Positions 42,932 through 54,003 of a stretch of 64,000 nt of DNA are shown here, one piece after another. The notes under the pieces are model-generated. The model had not been told where the DNA came from and did no database searches. It worked only from the letters and a program-made list of their open reading frames with translations. Origin of the DNA: Diplonema japonicum (lineage: Eukaryota > Protista > Euglenozoa: Diplonemea); the NCBI GenBank assembly GCA_964019335.1, contig OZ025686.1:310001-374000 (forward strand), given 5' to 3'. The position numbers and the translations under genes are program-made. Every line of letters begins with the position of its first letter. The stretch's first letter is position 1.

Positions 42932-43336
42932 TTAGCCCAGTGAAGCAAGGGAGGGTTCGCCAAAGGCCACGAAGGCGGTGCTCGGGTCGGCGGTATTTGG
43001 TGCACCGCAGATCATGTTCAGAAGCGATGAGGTGCCCTTTGTGCGGTTTTTCTTCCAAGTTTCCTTGCTTTTTGAGGCCTTTTTCGCGTGGGATAACGGT
43101 TTGGACCCTCCTTTTCCCTTGCCAGGGAGGGGGGCCATCGTGTGCTCTACCTTTTTCAATTCTTCTTCGATGAGCTCCCGCGAGATCTTTTCTCGAAGAT
43201 CCTGCACCCCTAGCCCTTCCGCATGAAGGTGCTCGCTGCTTGGACACGAAACGGTGTCGTCACTGTCCGTCCCATCGGAGACTTCCTCAACTACCTCGAC
43301 TCGTTTAACATGTGGTTTCACAGTTAATTTTGTCAT
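42932..43336 (-). CDS. Hypothetical protein (134 aa)
   Basis: ATG after A-rich leader; open frame of complex sequence. Confidence 0.55.
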   Translation of the reverse strand: MTKLTVKPHVKRVEVVEEVSDGTDSDDTVSCPSSEHLHAEGLGVQDLREKISRELIEEELKKVEHTMAPLPGKGKGGSKPLSHAKKASKSKETWKKNRTKGTSSLLNMICGAPNTADPSTAFVAFGEPSLASLG

Positions 43337-43459
43337 TTTATTTATTTTTTTATTGGTGTGTATTATCTTTTTTTTTTTTTTTTTTTTTTTACGGAAAAAA
43401 AAAAAAAAAAAAAATGGAGACAAAACTGATTGGAAAAAAAAAACCCCCCTCCCCCCGCC

Positions 43460-43984
43460 TCAGTACTCGTAAAGTTTCGGGAAACAGTACTTCTTGATGG
43501 TGAGGATGAACCCGTCAAACCCACCAGAGAGGACTTCGGAGTTGTGGACCCACAGCGTGTCCCAGAAGATATATTTGAAGAGAGATGGTAGGAAAGACAT
43601 CGAATCACCATACATAGGCACGCAGAAGGCCATGTAATACACCAAAAACACAAATAGCACTATCGCTACAAAGTTGAGATAGGGTGGTAGCACTACTTTA
43701 ACGAAATACCTCGCCGCGTGGAACGAGGACGTGCTGCGAAGAGCTTTGTGCTGTGCTATTTTCATCTCTTCCTTGTACTCCTTCTCGGTCATTGTGGTCA
43801 CCTCCTCCGACTCCGCACTCATAGCTCCACGGTCTAGCCTCCTACACTCCCTCACAACTTTTCTTAATAATTTCGCCTGCTCGCTCGTCATCCCGCTCTC
43901 TTCCAGGCTTTTATGGTGAGATGGAACACCCCTCTTCTTCGATATCTCAGTACACCATCTCCTCCCTGCGCGCGTGCATAACAT
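43460..43984 (-). CDS. Hypothetical membrane protein, possibly mitochondrial
   Basis: Arg-rich N-terminus and one hydrophobic segment (FVAIVLFVFLVYYMAFCV). Confidence 0.65.
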   Translation of the reverse strand: MLCTRAGRRWCTEISKKRGVPSHHKSLEESGMTSEQAKLLRKVVRECRRLDRGAMSAESEEVTTMTEKEYKEEMKIAQHKALRSTSSFHAARYFVKVVLPPYLNFVAIVLFVFLVYYMAFCVPMYGDSMSFLPSLFKYIFWDTLWVHNSEVLSGGFDGFILTIKKYCFPKLYEY

Positions 43985-44165
43985 TTTGTTTTTTTCCCCC
44001 TCCTTTCAAATTTCCTTTTTTTTTTTGTTGTTGAATCAGTTTGTAGAAGGGGGGGGGAAAAATTGTGACGACAAATGAAAAAAAAAAAAACCTTTCTCGT
44101 AAAACCAAAAAAAAAAAAAAAAAAAGAAAAAGAAAAAAAAAAACTACACTATCCCTTCATTGTAT

Positions 44166-44649
44166 CTAACGCCTCGCGGCACCGGTCTTCTTAAGGTTGT
44201 GGAGGCCACCCATGTTCATGTCCCTAAGCATGTCGAAGGTCACGTCATCAACCTCAATACCGTCCATGATGGCCTGGTCAACGATCGACACCTGTGGTGG
44301 TGGTGGTGGTAGGGTATTCTTTTATAGCATACCTCAGGCACGAAGTCCATGCGCCTCTCACGCTCCTCCTCCTGAAGCTTCAGAGAGATGCCACGGACGG
44401 GACCACGGGCAATGCGCTTCATCAGGTGGGTGGTGAAACCGGAGATCTTGTTCCTGAGACGCTTGGAAGGGATCATGGACACCTCAACGATCACCTGTTT
44501 GGTTTTTTTTTTTTTTTTTTAATATTCAAAAAAGAAGAAAAAAAACGCACCTTCTTGTTGGTGTGGAAGTCCCTGTTCAGCTTGGTGTAGTACTTCTCAA
44601 CAATAAGTTTCGCTGCCTTCTTCACGGTCTTGGTACGAACCTTACCCAT
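44166..44649 (-). CDS. RPS17: 40S ribosomal protein S17 (eS17), copy A
   Basis: [11 protein letters not shown]...[11 protein letters not shown]...[18 protein letters not shown]; introns 44495-44550 and 44292-44332. Confidence 0.95.
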
Positions 44650-44677
44650 TTTATAAGATTAGAAGGTTAACTAGCTT

Positions 44678-44723
<46 letters not shown>

Positions 44724-44811
44724 CCCACCCCAATAACGAAAGAGCGCAAAACAAAGTAAGACAACTCACCACCTGACGTTGGTCTTGCGGTGTTGATAAA
44801 TACTAAACCAT

Positions 44812-45139
44812 CTAACGCCTCGCGGCACCGGTCTTCTTAAGGTTGTGGAGGCCACCCATGTTCATGTCCCTAAGCATGTCGAAGGTCACGTCATCAACCT
44901 CAATACCGTCCATGATGGCCTGGTCAACGATCGACACCTGTGGTGGTGGTGGTAGGGTATTCTTTTATAGCATACCTCAGGCACGAAGTCCATGCGCCTC
45001 TCACGCTCCTCCTCCTGAAGCTTCAGAGAGATGCCACGGACGGGGCCACGGGCAATGCGCTTCATCAGGTGGGTGGTGAAACCGGAGATCTTGTTCCTGA
45101 GACGCTTGGAGGGGATCATGGACACCTCAGAGATAACCT

Positions 45140-45170
<31 letters not shown>

Positions 45171-45293
45171 CCAAGAGAAAAAAAAAAAACGCACCTTCTT
45201 GTTGGTGTGGAAGTCCCTGTTCAGCTTGGTGTAGTACTTCTCAACTATGAGGCGCGCGGCCTTCTTCACGGTCTTGGTACGAACCTTACCCAT
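44812..45293 (-). CDS. RPS17: 40S ribosomal protein S17 (eS17), copy B
   Basis: Tandem paralog; introns 45138-45194 and 44938-44975. Confidence 0.95.
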
Positions 45294-45334
45294 TTTATGC
45301 TAGGTTTTTTTTTTTAAAAATGAAGTTGTCTTCT

Positions 45335-45367
<33 letters not shown>

Positions 45368-45427
45368 CCAACCAAAAAAAAAAAAAAAAAAAAACTCCCA
45401 TCACTGTAAAATGAGTGGGAAAACACC

Positions 45428-46456
45428 TCACCTAGAAGGGTATTCCAACAAGGCTTCGGAGAGAACTGGGTAAGAAGCAACGCCGGCTAGTAAATCGGAA
45501 AGGGGTGCGCGTCCTATACTGTCGAAGGACAGCGAAGACGCAACAGTGTGCAGGAGGGTAGAGACTTCTTGGTGGTGACGTCTATCACCTGTGTCGGGGG
45601 TGTTGGCTATACACTTTCGGTAGCTTGAAAGGAGTGTCTGCACCTCAAATTTAGTCACATAGCGCGGCAGGCCCGAAGAGTCAGATAGGAAGGAAAAATA
45701 ATAATACAAAGCTTGGCTTGGCGGTGCGGCATTGCTAAGTATAGCAACGCCCGATGACAACTCCCTCATTGAGATCTCACCGTTGCAGTCCCTGTCGAAA
45801 AGGATGAAGAGGCGATCGACAGTATTCTCATCGTAGCCTTTTTTCACGCAAGTTTTGACGAAATTCGTGAAATTCTGTCGGTTTAACCTATCTTGTTCAT
45901 TAATCCACTTTGAAGCTTGAGCGAGGAGATCTTCTCTGGACTTTGCTTGCAGAGCTCTCACCAAGGCTGTGTCTTTGAGTAGCATCAATTGGAAAACTGT
46001 TACAGCGAGCTGGGGGGATACTGGTGGACCTGGTTTTCCCTTTATGTTGGGGTGATCCAACAGTGCGAAGGCAAGATGGTTTTCAAAACTGTTTAGGTGA
46101 TCAGCGACCCAAACATTTTTCTTTCCTACCGACCCGCCTTCAGGGCAATATATATCAGGAAGGGCCATTTTTGTAGTGTTGGTGGAACATGGATAGTGGC
46201 CGCCCCAAACTGATGTATCGATAGATCCCCGTTTCATCCTGATGCTATCTGTATCTACCTTTCGCATTCTTTTTTTCAGATATCTGTCCTTTTCCTTTCT
46301 CTCAATCTTGATCGGGCCCATTAAATCACTGCCGCTGCTCCCCCTGCTGATCGTCGTTCCTCTAAACAACCGGTTTGACCCTTTTGATATTTTGCTGCTG
46401 CAGTTGCTTTTCCTATCGATTGGAGGCAGCCTGTCCGGGGGGCGAAGGCGGTCCAT
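45428..46456 (-). CDS. EF-hand domain protein
   Basis: LFILFDRDCNGEISMREL canonical EF loop. Confidence 0.75.
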   Translation of the reverse strand: MDRLRPPDRLPPIDRKSNCSSKISKGSNRLFRGTTISRGSSGSDLMGPIKIERKEKDRYLKKRMRKVDTDSIRMKRGSIDTSVWGGHYPCSTNTTKMALPDIYCPEGGSVGKKNVWVADHLNSFENHLAFALLDHPNIKGKPGPPVSPQLAVTVFQLMLLKDTALVRALQAKSREDLLAQASKWINEQDRLNRQNFTNFVKTCVKKGYDENTVDRLFILFDRDCNGEISMRELSSGVAILSNAAPPSQALYYYFSFLSDSSGLPRYVTKFEVQTLLSSYRKCIANTPDTGDRRHHQEVSTLLHTVASSLSFDSIGRAPLSDLLAGVASYPVLSEALLEYPSR

Positions 46457-46695
46457 TTCCCCCCCCCCCCCCCCCCCTCTTTTCTCCCTTCCCCTTCACC
46501 CTTCACCCCTCTTTTTTTGTTTCTCGATTGTATATAAAAAGAGAAAAAGAAACCGCGATAAGGGAAAAAAAAGAGAAAAAAAGAGAGAGAAAAAAAACAT
46601 GTTCTTCTTCGTGTACAGCACACTACGTATCTACGAAAGCTTGATGACTTTTTTTTTTTTTTTTTTTTTGCCTTCCCCCTTTTTATAAAAGATTT

Positions 46696-47398
46696 CTAGT
46701 CCCGTTTTACAGAAGCCCTTATAGGGCAAGCCATCCAGCAGCATACAGCCATAGCACCGTGGAGCATAAGAAGCTGTTGTTGTAATTTCAGGGAAAATCT
46801 TTTTTTTTAAAAAAAGAAATACCTGAATACCGGACACCCCAGCGGCCTGCGCAGCTGATAAAATAGAAGGCAGACAACACCTGAAGAGGATGAAGAGAGA
46901 AGGTATGACAGGGAATCTTTCCTTGGAGGAAACCCATGACAGGGCGAACCCTGCAAAGGCGAGCTCTATCAGGAGGTTGAGGTTGATGGAAAAGGCAGCT
47001 ACCAAGGGAGCTGAGGTGAACTGAGGGGCAGAGGCTTTGGAGATGGCAAGCATTTTTGTGACAGCATCACCCATGGCCCAGCAGAGGCCGACTACCTCGA
47101 CTTGAGTGGATGGAGCGAGTTCTTTAAGTTTTTTTTGGTCGAATAGTATGTTCAGCGCCACTAAGTCCACTATGCGTGCTGTACAAAAGCTGGCCTCGTG
47201 GGCCCAACCCACTTCCCCTTCCTGCGTCTCTGGTACAAACGTCGCTATCAGTATCATCTGCAACAACTGTGAGACAAAGAACAACGAGGCACACAGCCCA
47301 GCGGTCTCAACCAGCACCGCCTCCAGCCGCCCCTTCCACATCATGGCCAACGGGCCCAACCCAAGCACCACACAGTTAAACAAATGCAAAGCTCCCAT
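46696..47398 (-). CDS. TMEM147: TMEM147 (BOS complex subunit)
   Basis: MGALHLFNCVVLGLGP, QLLQMILIATF, VVGLCWA; multi-pass. Intron 46774-46822 restores the last TM helix. Confidence 0.8.
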
Positions 47399-47559
47399 TT
47401 TATTCCCTCTTTTTTTTTTGTCCCCCTCCCCCTCTCCTTTATATGGTGACATTTTTTTAAAAACAAAGGGGGGGGGAAGAAGAAAAAAAACATAAGACAT
47501 GTTCGTGCCCCTGCAATTATGAGAGATTTTTTTTTTTTTTTTTTTTAATATATCACGTA

Positions 47560-49326
47560 TCAGGAGTCCAGCTTCCTCAAGAAATTCTCGAGTTTCAAGT
47601 GCCGTTCGCTGTGGCCTTCGTAGAGCTTCACCCATCTGTTCGGGAGGGTTGTGAGGGTGTGCTCGGTCGCCTGGCGGGTGGTCTCAAGCTGCTCGACAAG
47701 ATGAGCGATCTTGGTGGTCTGCAAGTGAAGCAGTTGGTGTAAAATGAGCTTCAGATTCGCAAGTTCACGCTGCGCCAGCAGCGCGGCCTTAGCTTGAAGA
47801 ACTCCGAGAGCCGTGGAAGCCGCAGCATCAATAGTCATTGTGTCGGGTATGGGAAGCCCCGGAAGTGAGGAATCGTCAATAAAATCAGCAATTCTAGTTG
47901 AAATAGACTCCACTGCAAGGGGTGGATCGGCCAGCGGTGGTTCTTGAACGGTACCGGCGACCAACGACATTTCGGTAAACTTCAAAAGACAATCCCTCGC
48001 TGTCTTAGATGGGATATAATTCGCCGCCAGCTCCGGGAGATCCTTCACAACCCCTCCCACCTCCGTACACGTTTCCATGGCTCTGACAAGATTCGCCTCC
48101 TCGTCAGGGTCCCAGTTAACAGGGTCCGCCTCGAAAATACCCGGAAGCGCCGCAACAGAATGTGAAGGAAGAACCTCTTTAACATGTCCCAATGGGGATA
48201 CCCCGTAGTTTATAAGCCCCCATTTTGACACGAATTTATGAATTACAAGCAAGCTTGAATCATCGCCAGAGATGCTCCTTCGCATCAACATAAATGACAG
48301 GAATCTACTAGGGTCTGCTCGGTATGATTTTACAAGCCAGTCGCGGGTTTCAATGTAGAAGGTATCCAAGGGGACAGTGAGGTCGTCGTCACCCCGTTCC
48401 ATCTTGTGAAGTACGTTCGGCCGGTACCAGGTGGCCGCGAGAGGTACGACTGCGACGCGACGTTTCTTCACGATTTGGTTTTGAATCTTTTTCAGAACTC
48501 TTTTTTTGGAACGGGTTGCGTCTTCCACGGTCCACGTACCCTCTACTATCTGCCGGACCGGTTCATCACACACAAAGTCCATAGGGTACATGAACTCGCC
48601 ATGTTCCTTTGATGCCGTCAGATAACTAGCGTGCACCTCAACGGGGCACATCGACCCCTGAACGATCTTCGGTTTGAACACGAAATCTGCTGGTTTCACG
48701 AATTTATCAAAACTCGGAGGGCTGTATTCACGATGTAAACGAAGTCCTGTCCGTATTTCACAGAAGCTGGAAGGTATAACCCGAACCCGTTTTGAAGGTT
48801 TCATGAACGATGTTTGCGAAGTCTTTTGAACACTTACAGCGGCGGTGCCCTTCACATCCACAACGGTGCCGCCAAGCTGCGACACGATTTCGCAGCACAC
48901 CGCATAGTTGCTACACGCCGGGTGGATGTAAAACTTCTTTTTCGGGTAATCAGGCGTTGTGCAACCATTATGTACAGCCTTGAGGAGATCCTCGTGGTTT
49001 CCAAAGCCTACACGGACGAAGGGCGATCCGTGTCGAAGCTTCATAAACTGCATGGCGCATACTACAGCAATGCCGTAGCCAGGGAGGCCTTGCGATGGGG
49101 TGTCTCCTGCTTCTAGTTCCGTCACGTACCATGGAAGGCCCCCTTTCGCAGCCTCGTTAATCGTGATAAGCGCCACAAGGTTCTCTGCGAGATCCTCCCA
49201 TGTTGTTAGAACTCTGGTCACCTCGTTTGCGATTCCTTTGTTCAGGATCGCCTGCCTGCACGTTTCAAGCTTTTCCTTGAACGGGGAAAGGTCCTCCACC
49301 GTTGGGATGAATCGCTTCCCGTTCAT
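47560..49326 (-). CDS. SWI/SNF subunit SWI3/SMARCC-like (SWIRM plus SANT plus coiled coil)
   Basis: SWIRM YIETRDWLVKSYRADPSRFL...IHKFVSKWGLINY; SANT W...SKTARDCLLKF; AASTALGVLQAKAALLAQRE. Confidence 0.85.
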   Translation of the reverse strand: MNGKRFIPTVEDLSPFKEKLETCRQAILNKGIANEVTRVLTTWEDLAENLVALITINEAAKGGLPWYVTELEAGDTPSQGLPGYGIAVVCAMQFMKLRHGSPFVRVGFGNHEDLLKAVHNGCTTPDYPKKKFYIHPACSNYAVCCEIVSQLGGTVVDVKGTAAVSVQKTSQTSFMKPSKRVRVIPSSFCEIRTGLRLHREYSPPSFDKFVKPADFVFKPKIVQGSMCPVEVHASYLTASKEHGEFMYPMDFVCDEPVRQIVEGTWTVEDATRSKKRVLKKIQNQIVKKRRVAVVPLAATWYRPNVLHKMERGDDDLTVPLDTFYIETRDWLVKSYRADPSRFLSFMLMRRSISGDDSSLLVIHKFVSKWGLINYGVSPLGHVKEVLPSHSVAALPGIFEADPVNWDPDEEANLVRAMETCTEVGGVVKDLPELAANYIPSKTARDCLLKFTEMSLVAGTVQEPPLADPPLAVESISTRIADFIDDSSLPGLPIPDTMTIDAAASTALGVLQAKAALLAQRELANLKLILHQLLHLQTTKIAHLVEQLETTRQATEHTLTTLPNRWVKLYEGHSERHLKLENFLRKLDS

Positions 49327-49731
49327 TTTTTTTCTTTTTTTTTTTGTTCCCCCCCCTTCCCTGAAGTGGTGGAAAATGGGGGGTGAGGAAGAAACAAAAA
49401 TGGTGCAGGCGGAAGGGGGACGTCCTGGTTGCGGGGAAAGACGGAAGGTTCTTCCCAGTGCAGAACCCCATCTATAAGAGATTCTGTGCAGCGGTTCGGA
49501 TGATATCAATGGTCGACATCCCAGGTGATGGGGGCTGCTTCTATCACATGCTCAGCCACATCACCACGTGGCGTGACATAGGGCGTATCCCTGGAGAACC
49601 ATGCGGACCATCCTGCTGGGCGGCTGGAATTCGCAAGAACATTCTTGGCACCATCACATTCATAATTTCATCCAGGGCATACACGGCATATGCGAGCGAT
49701 AGCAAGAGGAGAGACAAAAAAAAAAAGGAAG

Positions 49732-49766
<35 letters not shown>

Positions 49767-49781
49767 TTCTTCTTTTTTTTT

Positions 49782-51092
49782 TTATTCCAGTTTCTGTCGT
49801 TTGCTTAGATCAGTGTCTCTTTCTCCCCCTTCTTGTTCGGGTTCCTTCCGCTTCTCGGCCCGTTTTTGCTTCTTATCGAGGATTTTGTGCCGTTTCGACC
49901 GTTTGTGGATTCTGAACTGTTCCTCGCCTGCAAGAACCTTTCCTGGACACACAGGGCATTTGAATAGTTTGAAAACACCGACATCCGTCCGTGAGGTCTT
50001 CTCACCAGAGAACACGTAAGGCAAGGCATCCGGGTGTGGGTTCTTCCCTTCAGACAGGTATCCTTCCAGAACTGTGAAGGCAACCTTCGCAGTTTGCTCT
50101 CTCCATTTCGCAGAATCGGTGGTGTCAATTCTGTAAACGAATATATTGTCTCTTGGGAGGATTCTGTTTTTGATCCACTGCTGCTGCTGCTTGGCGTACC
50201 GTCGTGTGTTTGCCTTCAGAGTTGTCAGCCCTGATGCAAGATCGCTTTTTCCAGTGAGGTAAGGGTGCAGTTCTTTGAACCCGATGGCACTGAATACCCC
50301 TTTTGTGGGAAGGGTTTCTCCGGGGATTTTATTTTTCAAACTCTCCCAAAAAGATTCAGCTTCCGCCACAATGCCACGTTCCACCATCTTGTCCACCCGG
50401 TTGTCCAAACGGTCATATAATGTATTTCTGTCGCAATCGGTGCAGAACACTATGTTTCGTGTGTTCGGGGTGAACCGTAGCCTCTCCTTGTCCTGCGCCT
50501 TGATGATATCGGAGTGGAGGACACCTTCTATTTTGCAGATTTCAAGTGATCTCCTTATACGTCGGATGTCGTTGGGGTGGTATTTCTCCGCCATTAGAAC
50601 ATCGGTTTTTGTCAGAAGCGCGTGGAGATCTGCGTCCTTGATCGTGTTTAAATCCGGTATTTTCGCGAGGATTTTGCTTTTTTCGGTGTCTGCGGGGTTG
50701 TGTTCTTCGGTCACAAGACTATCTGATAACAAAAGGGACTGCATGTAGTAGTTCGACCCTCCCACTAGAATGGGGATTTTCCCGTCGTTTTCTATTTTTT
50801 CGATCATATTGACAGCCTTTTCAGTGAAGTCTCCCACGGTGATAGGATCGTCGAGGGGGTCCAGAAATCCGAGGAAGTGGTGCGGGATGCCCTCGTCCTC
50901 CCCGTCGTTCACCTGATTCGTTGCAATGGGCAGTCCTTTGTACATCTGCATCGCGTCCACATTTAAAATCTCCACTTTCTTCCCCGTCCTTTCTTGCAAC
51001 CACTTCGCAATGCACACCCCTACCTTGGACTTCCCTGTCCCGGTGGAACCAACGATGAACACAAGTGGTGATGGGGTGCTTGGTGATGCCAT
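49782..51092 (-). CDS. TRIT1: tRNA dimethylallyltransferase (MOD5/TRIT1)
   Basis: GSTGTGKS, DAMQMYKGLPIATN, VGGSNYY, AIGFKE, TRRYAKQQ, C-terminal C2H2 finger. Confidence 0.93.
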   Translation of the reverse strand: MASPSTPSPLVFIVGSTGTGKSKVGVCIAKWLQERTGKKVEILNVDAMQMYKGLPIATNQVNDGEDEGIPHHFLGFLDPLDDPITVGDFTEKAVNMIEKIENDGKIPILVGGSNYYMQSLLLSDSLVTEEHNPADTEKSKILAKIPDLNTIKDADLHALLTKTDVLMAEKYHPNDIRRIRRSLEICKIEGVLHSDIIKAQDKERLRFTPNTRNIVFCTDCDRNTLYDRLDNRVDKMVERGIVAEAESFWESLKNKIPGETLPTKGVFSAIGFKELHPYLTGKSDLASGLTTLKANTRRYAKQQQQWIKNRILPRDNIFVYRIDTTDSAKWREQTAKVAFTVLEGYLSEGKNPHPDALPYVFSGEKTSRTDVGVFKLFKCPVCPGKVLAGEEQFRIHKRSKRHKILDKKQKRAEKRKEPEQEGGERDTDLSKRQKLE

Positions 51093-51723
51093 TTTTTATT
51101 ATATTTTATTCCCCCCCTTTTTTTTCGTTATTTGTCGCGTGTGAATTACAGAAAAAAAGGGGGGGGGGAAACAAAAAAATGAAATGACGGAGAAAATAAA
51201 AAAAGGAGGCGGGGGGAGGGTGAGAAAAAAAAAAGGAGGGAGCAAATGGTATCTGGCCATGTTGTTTTCTTTTAATTATTTTTGCCTTTGTCCCTTTAAA
51301 GATATGTCAAGGATCTGTTCAAAAAAATATGAGGGGCAGGGGGGGGGAGGGCTGAAACAAAGGAGAGGGTAAAGATAAAAAAGGGAGATTTACGGGGGAA
51401 TGGAAAAAAAAAGGAGCAATGAAACTTTCTTGACATTGTCGGGCGGGGGGTAATAAAAAAAAAGGAGAGGGGGGGGAAGGAAAAGAGAACAACAATTCGC
51501 TTTACCCCTTCTTATTGTCCCCCCCTCCCGCCCGTTATGCTATCGTCACGGGAAAGAAACGGGAAGGGTTTACTATTTTTTTTTTTGATCATTTTTTTTT
51601 TCTCGGCCCACTAAACTCCCGTAAAAAAAAAAAAAAAAAAACACTTTTTTTTCTTCTTTTCTCAAAGGGGGACAGCAGCACCCCGGTTTTTTTTTTTTTT
51701 TTTTTTTTTTTTCCCCTCCGAAA

Positions 51724-52329
51724 TCACTCCTGGAACACACCGACCTGGCTAGGCCTCAGCACACGGGCCTTGTAGTTGTAGCCCTTCTTGACAATCGTCC
51801 CGATGGTGTTGGGTGTCTTTCCCTCAGTGGCAGGAATGTTGAAAATCGCCTCGTGGTACTGCGGGTCGAACTCATCGCCCTCGGCGACCTCTTGGATGTC
51901 AATTCCATGCTGGGCAAGGATTTTGTGGAGGGAGTGGTTAGTCATGTCGACACCTTTCTTCAAGTTGCCGACTGTGGGGTGCGCGGCCGACTCCTCCTCG
52001 GTAACAGCTGAAGAGGCCCTGTCAAGGTTGTCAGCCACATCCAAAAGGTCCTTCGCGAAATTCTTAAGGGCATATTTCTTGGCGTTGTCCACATCTCTCA
52101 TTGCGATTTTTCTTGCGTTGTCCGCCTCAGCAAGGGAGTAGGCAAGGCTCTTGCTCAGCTCCTCGATTTTGAGGTCCTTGGGGTCCTTCTCCGGCTCCTG
52201 AGTCTCCTCCGGCTTCTCCTGCTCCGGTGTCTCCGGGGCCTTTTCACAGTAAAACCTCCCCTGAACAGGAGCAAGCCCCCTCATGGTGCTCCTCACCGCG
52301 GTCCTCCTCATCACATTCAGAAACGACAT
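51724..52329 (-). CDS. MGE1: Mitochondrial GrpE nucleotide exchange factor
   Basis: Presequence; FAKDLLDVADNLDRA, FDPQYHEA, KGY...RVLRPSQVGV. Confidence 0.93.
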   Translation of the reverse strand: MSFLNVMRRTAVRSTMRGLAPVQGRFYCEKAPETPEQEKPEETQEPEKDPKDLKIEELSKSLAYSLAEADNARKIAMRDVDNAKKYALKNFAKDLLDVADNLDRASSAVTEEESAAHPTVGNLKKGVDMTNHSLHKILAQHGIDIQEVAEGDEFDPQYHEAIFNIPATEGKTPNTIGTIVKKGYNYKARVLRPSQVGVFQE

Positions 52330-52411
52330 TTTTTTTTTGATTAAAGAGAGTGCTACGCGGGGGGGGGGGGGGGGTTTATGCTGGATTTCTTGGGGGGGGG
52401 ATTTTTTTTTT

Positions 52412-52519
52412 TTAATTCTCCCCTTGAGACATTAAAACTACCCCGTCTCCTCTTACGTATAGCATATCGAGTTTTCGGATTATTCTATTCCCTGTCACTG
52501 GATCTTTTGTTACCTTTTG

Positions 52520-52565
<46 letters not shown>

Positions 52566-52765
52566 ACACCTCTTCTACGCCTGATAGCATTACGTTCACG
52601 TGTTCGTCAACACCTAGAAGCACACCTGTTATCTCCTTGTCTCCTCGCATTTGAAGGGTCACTTTTCCGCCAAGTGATATTCTGGGAATTTTTTTTTAAT
52701 ATCTCCCCCCCCCCCAAAAAAAAAACATACTTCAGTAGGTCCAACGGCTGTTTAACTTGTTCCAT
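52412..52765 (-). CDS. LSM3: Sm-like protein LSm3 (3 exons; missed by the ORF track)
   Basis: Splicing out 52682-52730 and 52514-52569 gives MEQVKQPLDLLKISLGGKVTLQMRGDKEITGVLLGVDEHVNVMLSGVEEVTKDPVTGNRIIRKLDMLYVRGDGVVLMSQGEN. Confidence 0.9.
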
Positions 52766-53960
52766 TTTATTTTCTCTTTGTGTGTGTTTTTTCTCTTTTT
52801 CTTCCCTCCTTTGTCCTGGTGGTTCGTGGGTGGTTTGGGACGAAATCAAAGAAAAAAGAGGAAACTGGTGGTGGGAGGAGAACATTTTCTTTTCATTTTT
52901 TTTTCTATTCTTTTTTTTTTTTGAAAAAAAAGAGAAACTCAACTCACAATTGGGGAGTGTTAGCAATCACACCTAGAAAAAAAGAAAAAAAAAAGAAAAA
53001 AAAGGGGGGGGGATGTATCTTGTCAACGTCCTCATTGCGGCGAGGGGGAAGGAAGGGATGAAAAGGGGGCATATCATTATATTGCGTAAAATAAAATGCA
53101 TTGGGGGAAAAGAAATGGATCACTTTCCCAGGGCCCAGGTGCATCGTTTTTTTTTTTTTTTTTTTTTTTTTCATCTTTCTTTTCCTTTTTTTTTTTCCCC
53201 CTTTCTTTTTCCGCTTCGGCGTCGAAAAAAAAAATTTTTTTAATAGGATGCCATAAAAGGCAGAAAACTCGAAGGCCCTTAGGGCGGGAGAAATGCACCA
53301 AAAAAAAAATATATATATTAGAAGATAAAATGAAGTGTATAAATGCTGGTCAGATGAAAGTTACAAACCGCAAAAAAAGTAAAAGAAAAAAAAAAAAAAA
53401 AAAAAGAAGAAGAATGTCTTCTTTCTACGTTGTTGGTGCTGTGAACGCAAACTTCAGTCTTCCTTCTTCCTCGACTCAGATTGCAAGCGTGTTGGCCACG
53501 CCCATTAGCTCATCCAGTCTCATTCACTAGCCCCCTCTTGGCGCAAAAATATTCACCAGGTACCAGTCAGTATTACCCCATAAAAAAAAGGAATTGTCTG
53601 TAGAAACAAACATGCAAAAAAAAGGGGTGAGAGGGGGGTGGGGATATCGCAAAAATAAAAAAAAAAAATAAAAAAAAAGTTGTAACTATTGAGTTCTTTT
53701 TTTTTTTTTTTTTTTTCTCCCTTGGTTAAATAAGGTGAATGGATAAAACCAAACTTGGCACTGGTGTCACGTTTATTGTGAGTTGTGTGGGTTTTCTGTT
53801 GAAAGTTGTTTTCCCAATGCTGGTTAGTGCTGACTGACCCCTTTTTTGTAGCACACGTTGCCTTTGCACCATTTCTGAAATTATTTTAATAGAACATGAT
53901 GGTTATCCAGGTCTAGCCTAAAACCCCTCAGGAGAGAAGTAAAAAAAAAAAAAAAAAAAC

Positions 53961-54003
53961 GATGTCATTGAAGGGAACTGCAGTATGTGACAGGATTGCC
54001 TAA
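53961..54003 (-). repeat. 43-bp solo copy of the retroelement's putative 3' terminus
   Basis: 41/44 identical to 27270-27313; flanked by T-tracts on the minus strand. Confidence 0.75.

Noticed and set aside
49801-49870. U2 snRNA-like words (CGCTTCTCGGCC, CTTAGATCAGTGT)
   Set aside because: Wrong order and spacing, and antisense within the TRIT1 coding sequence.
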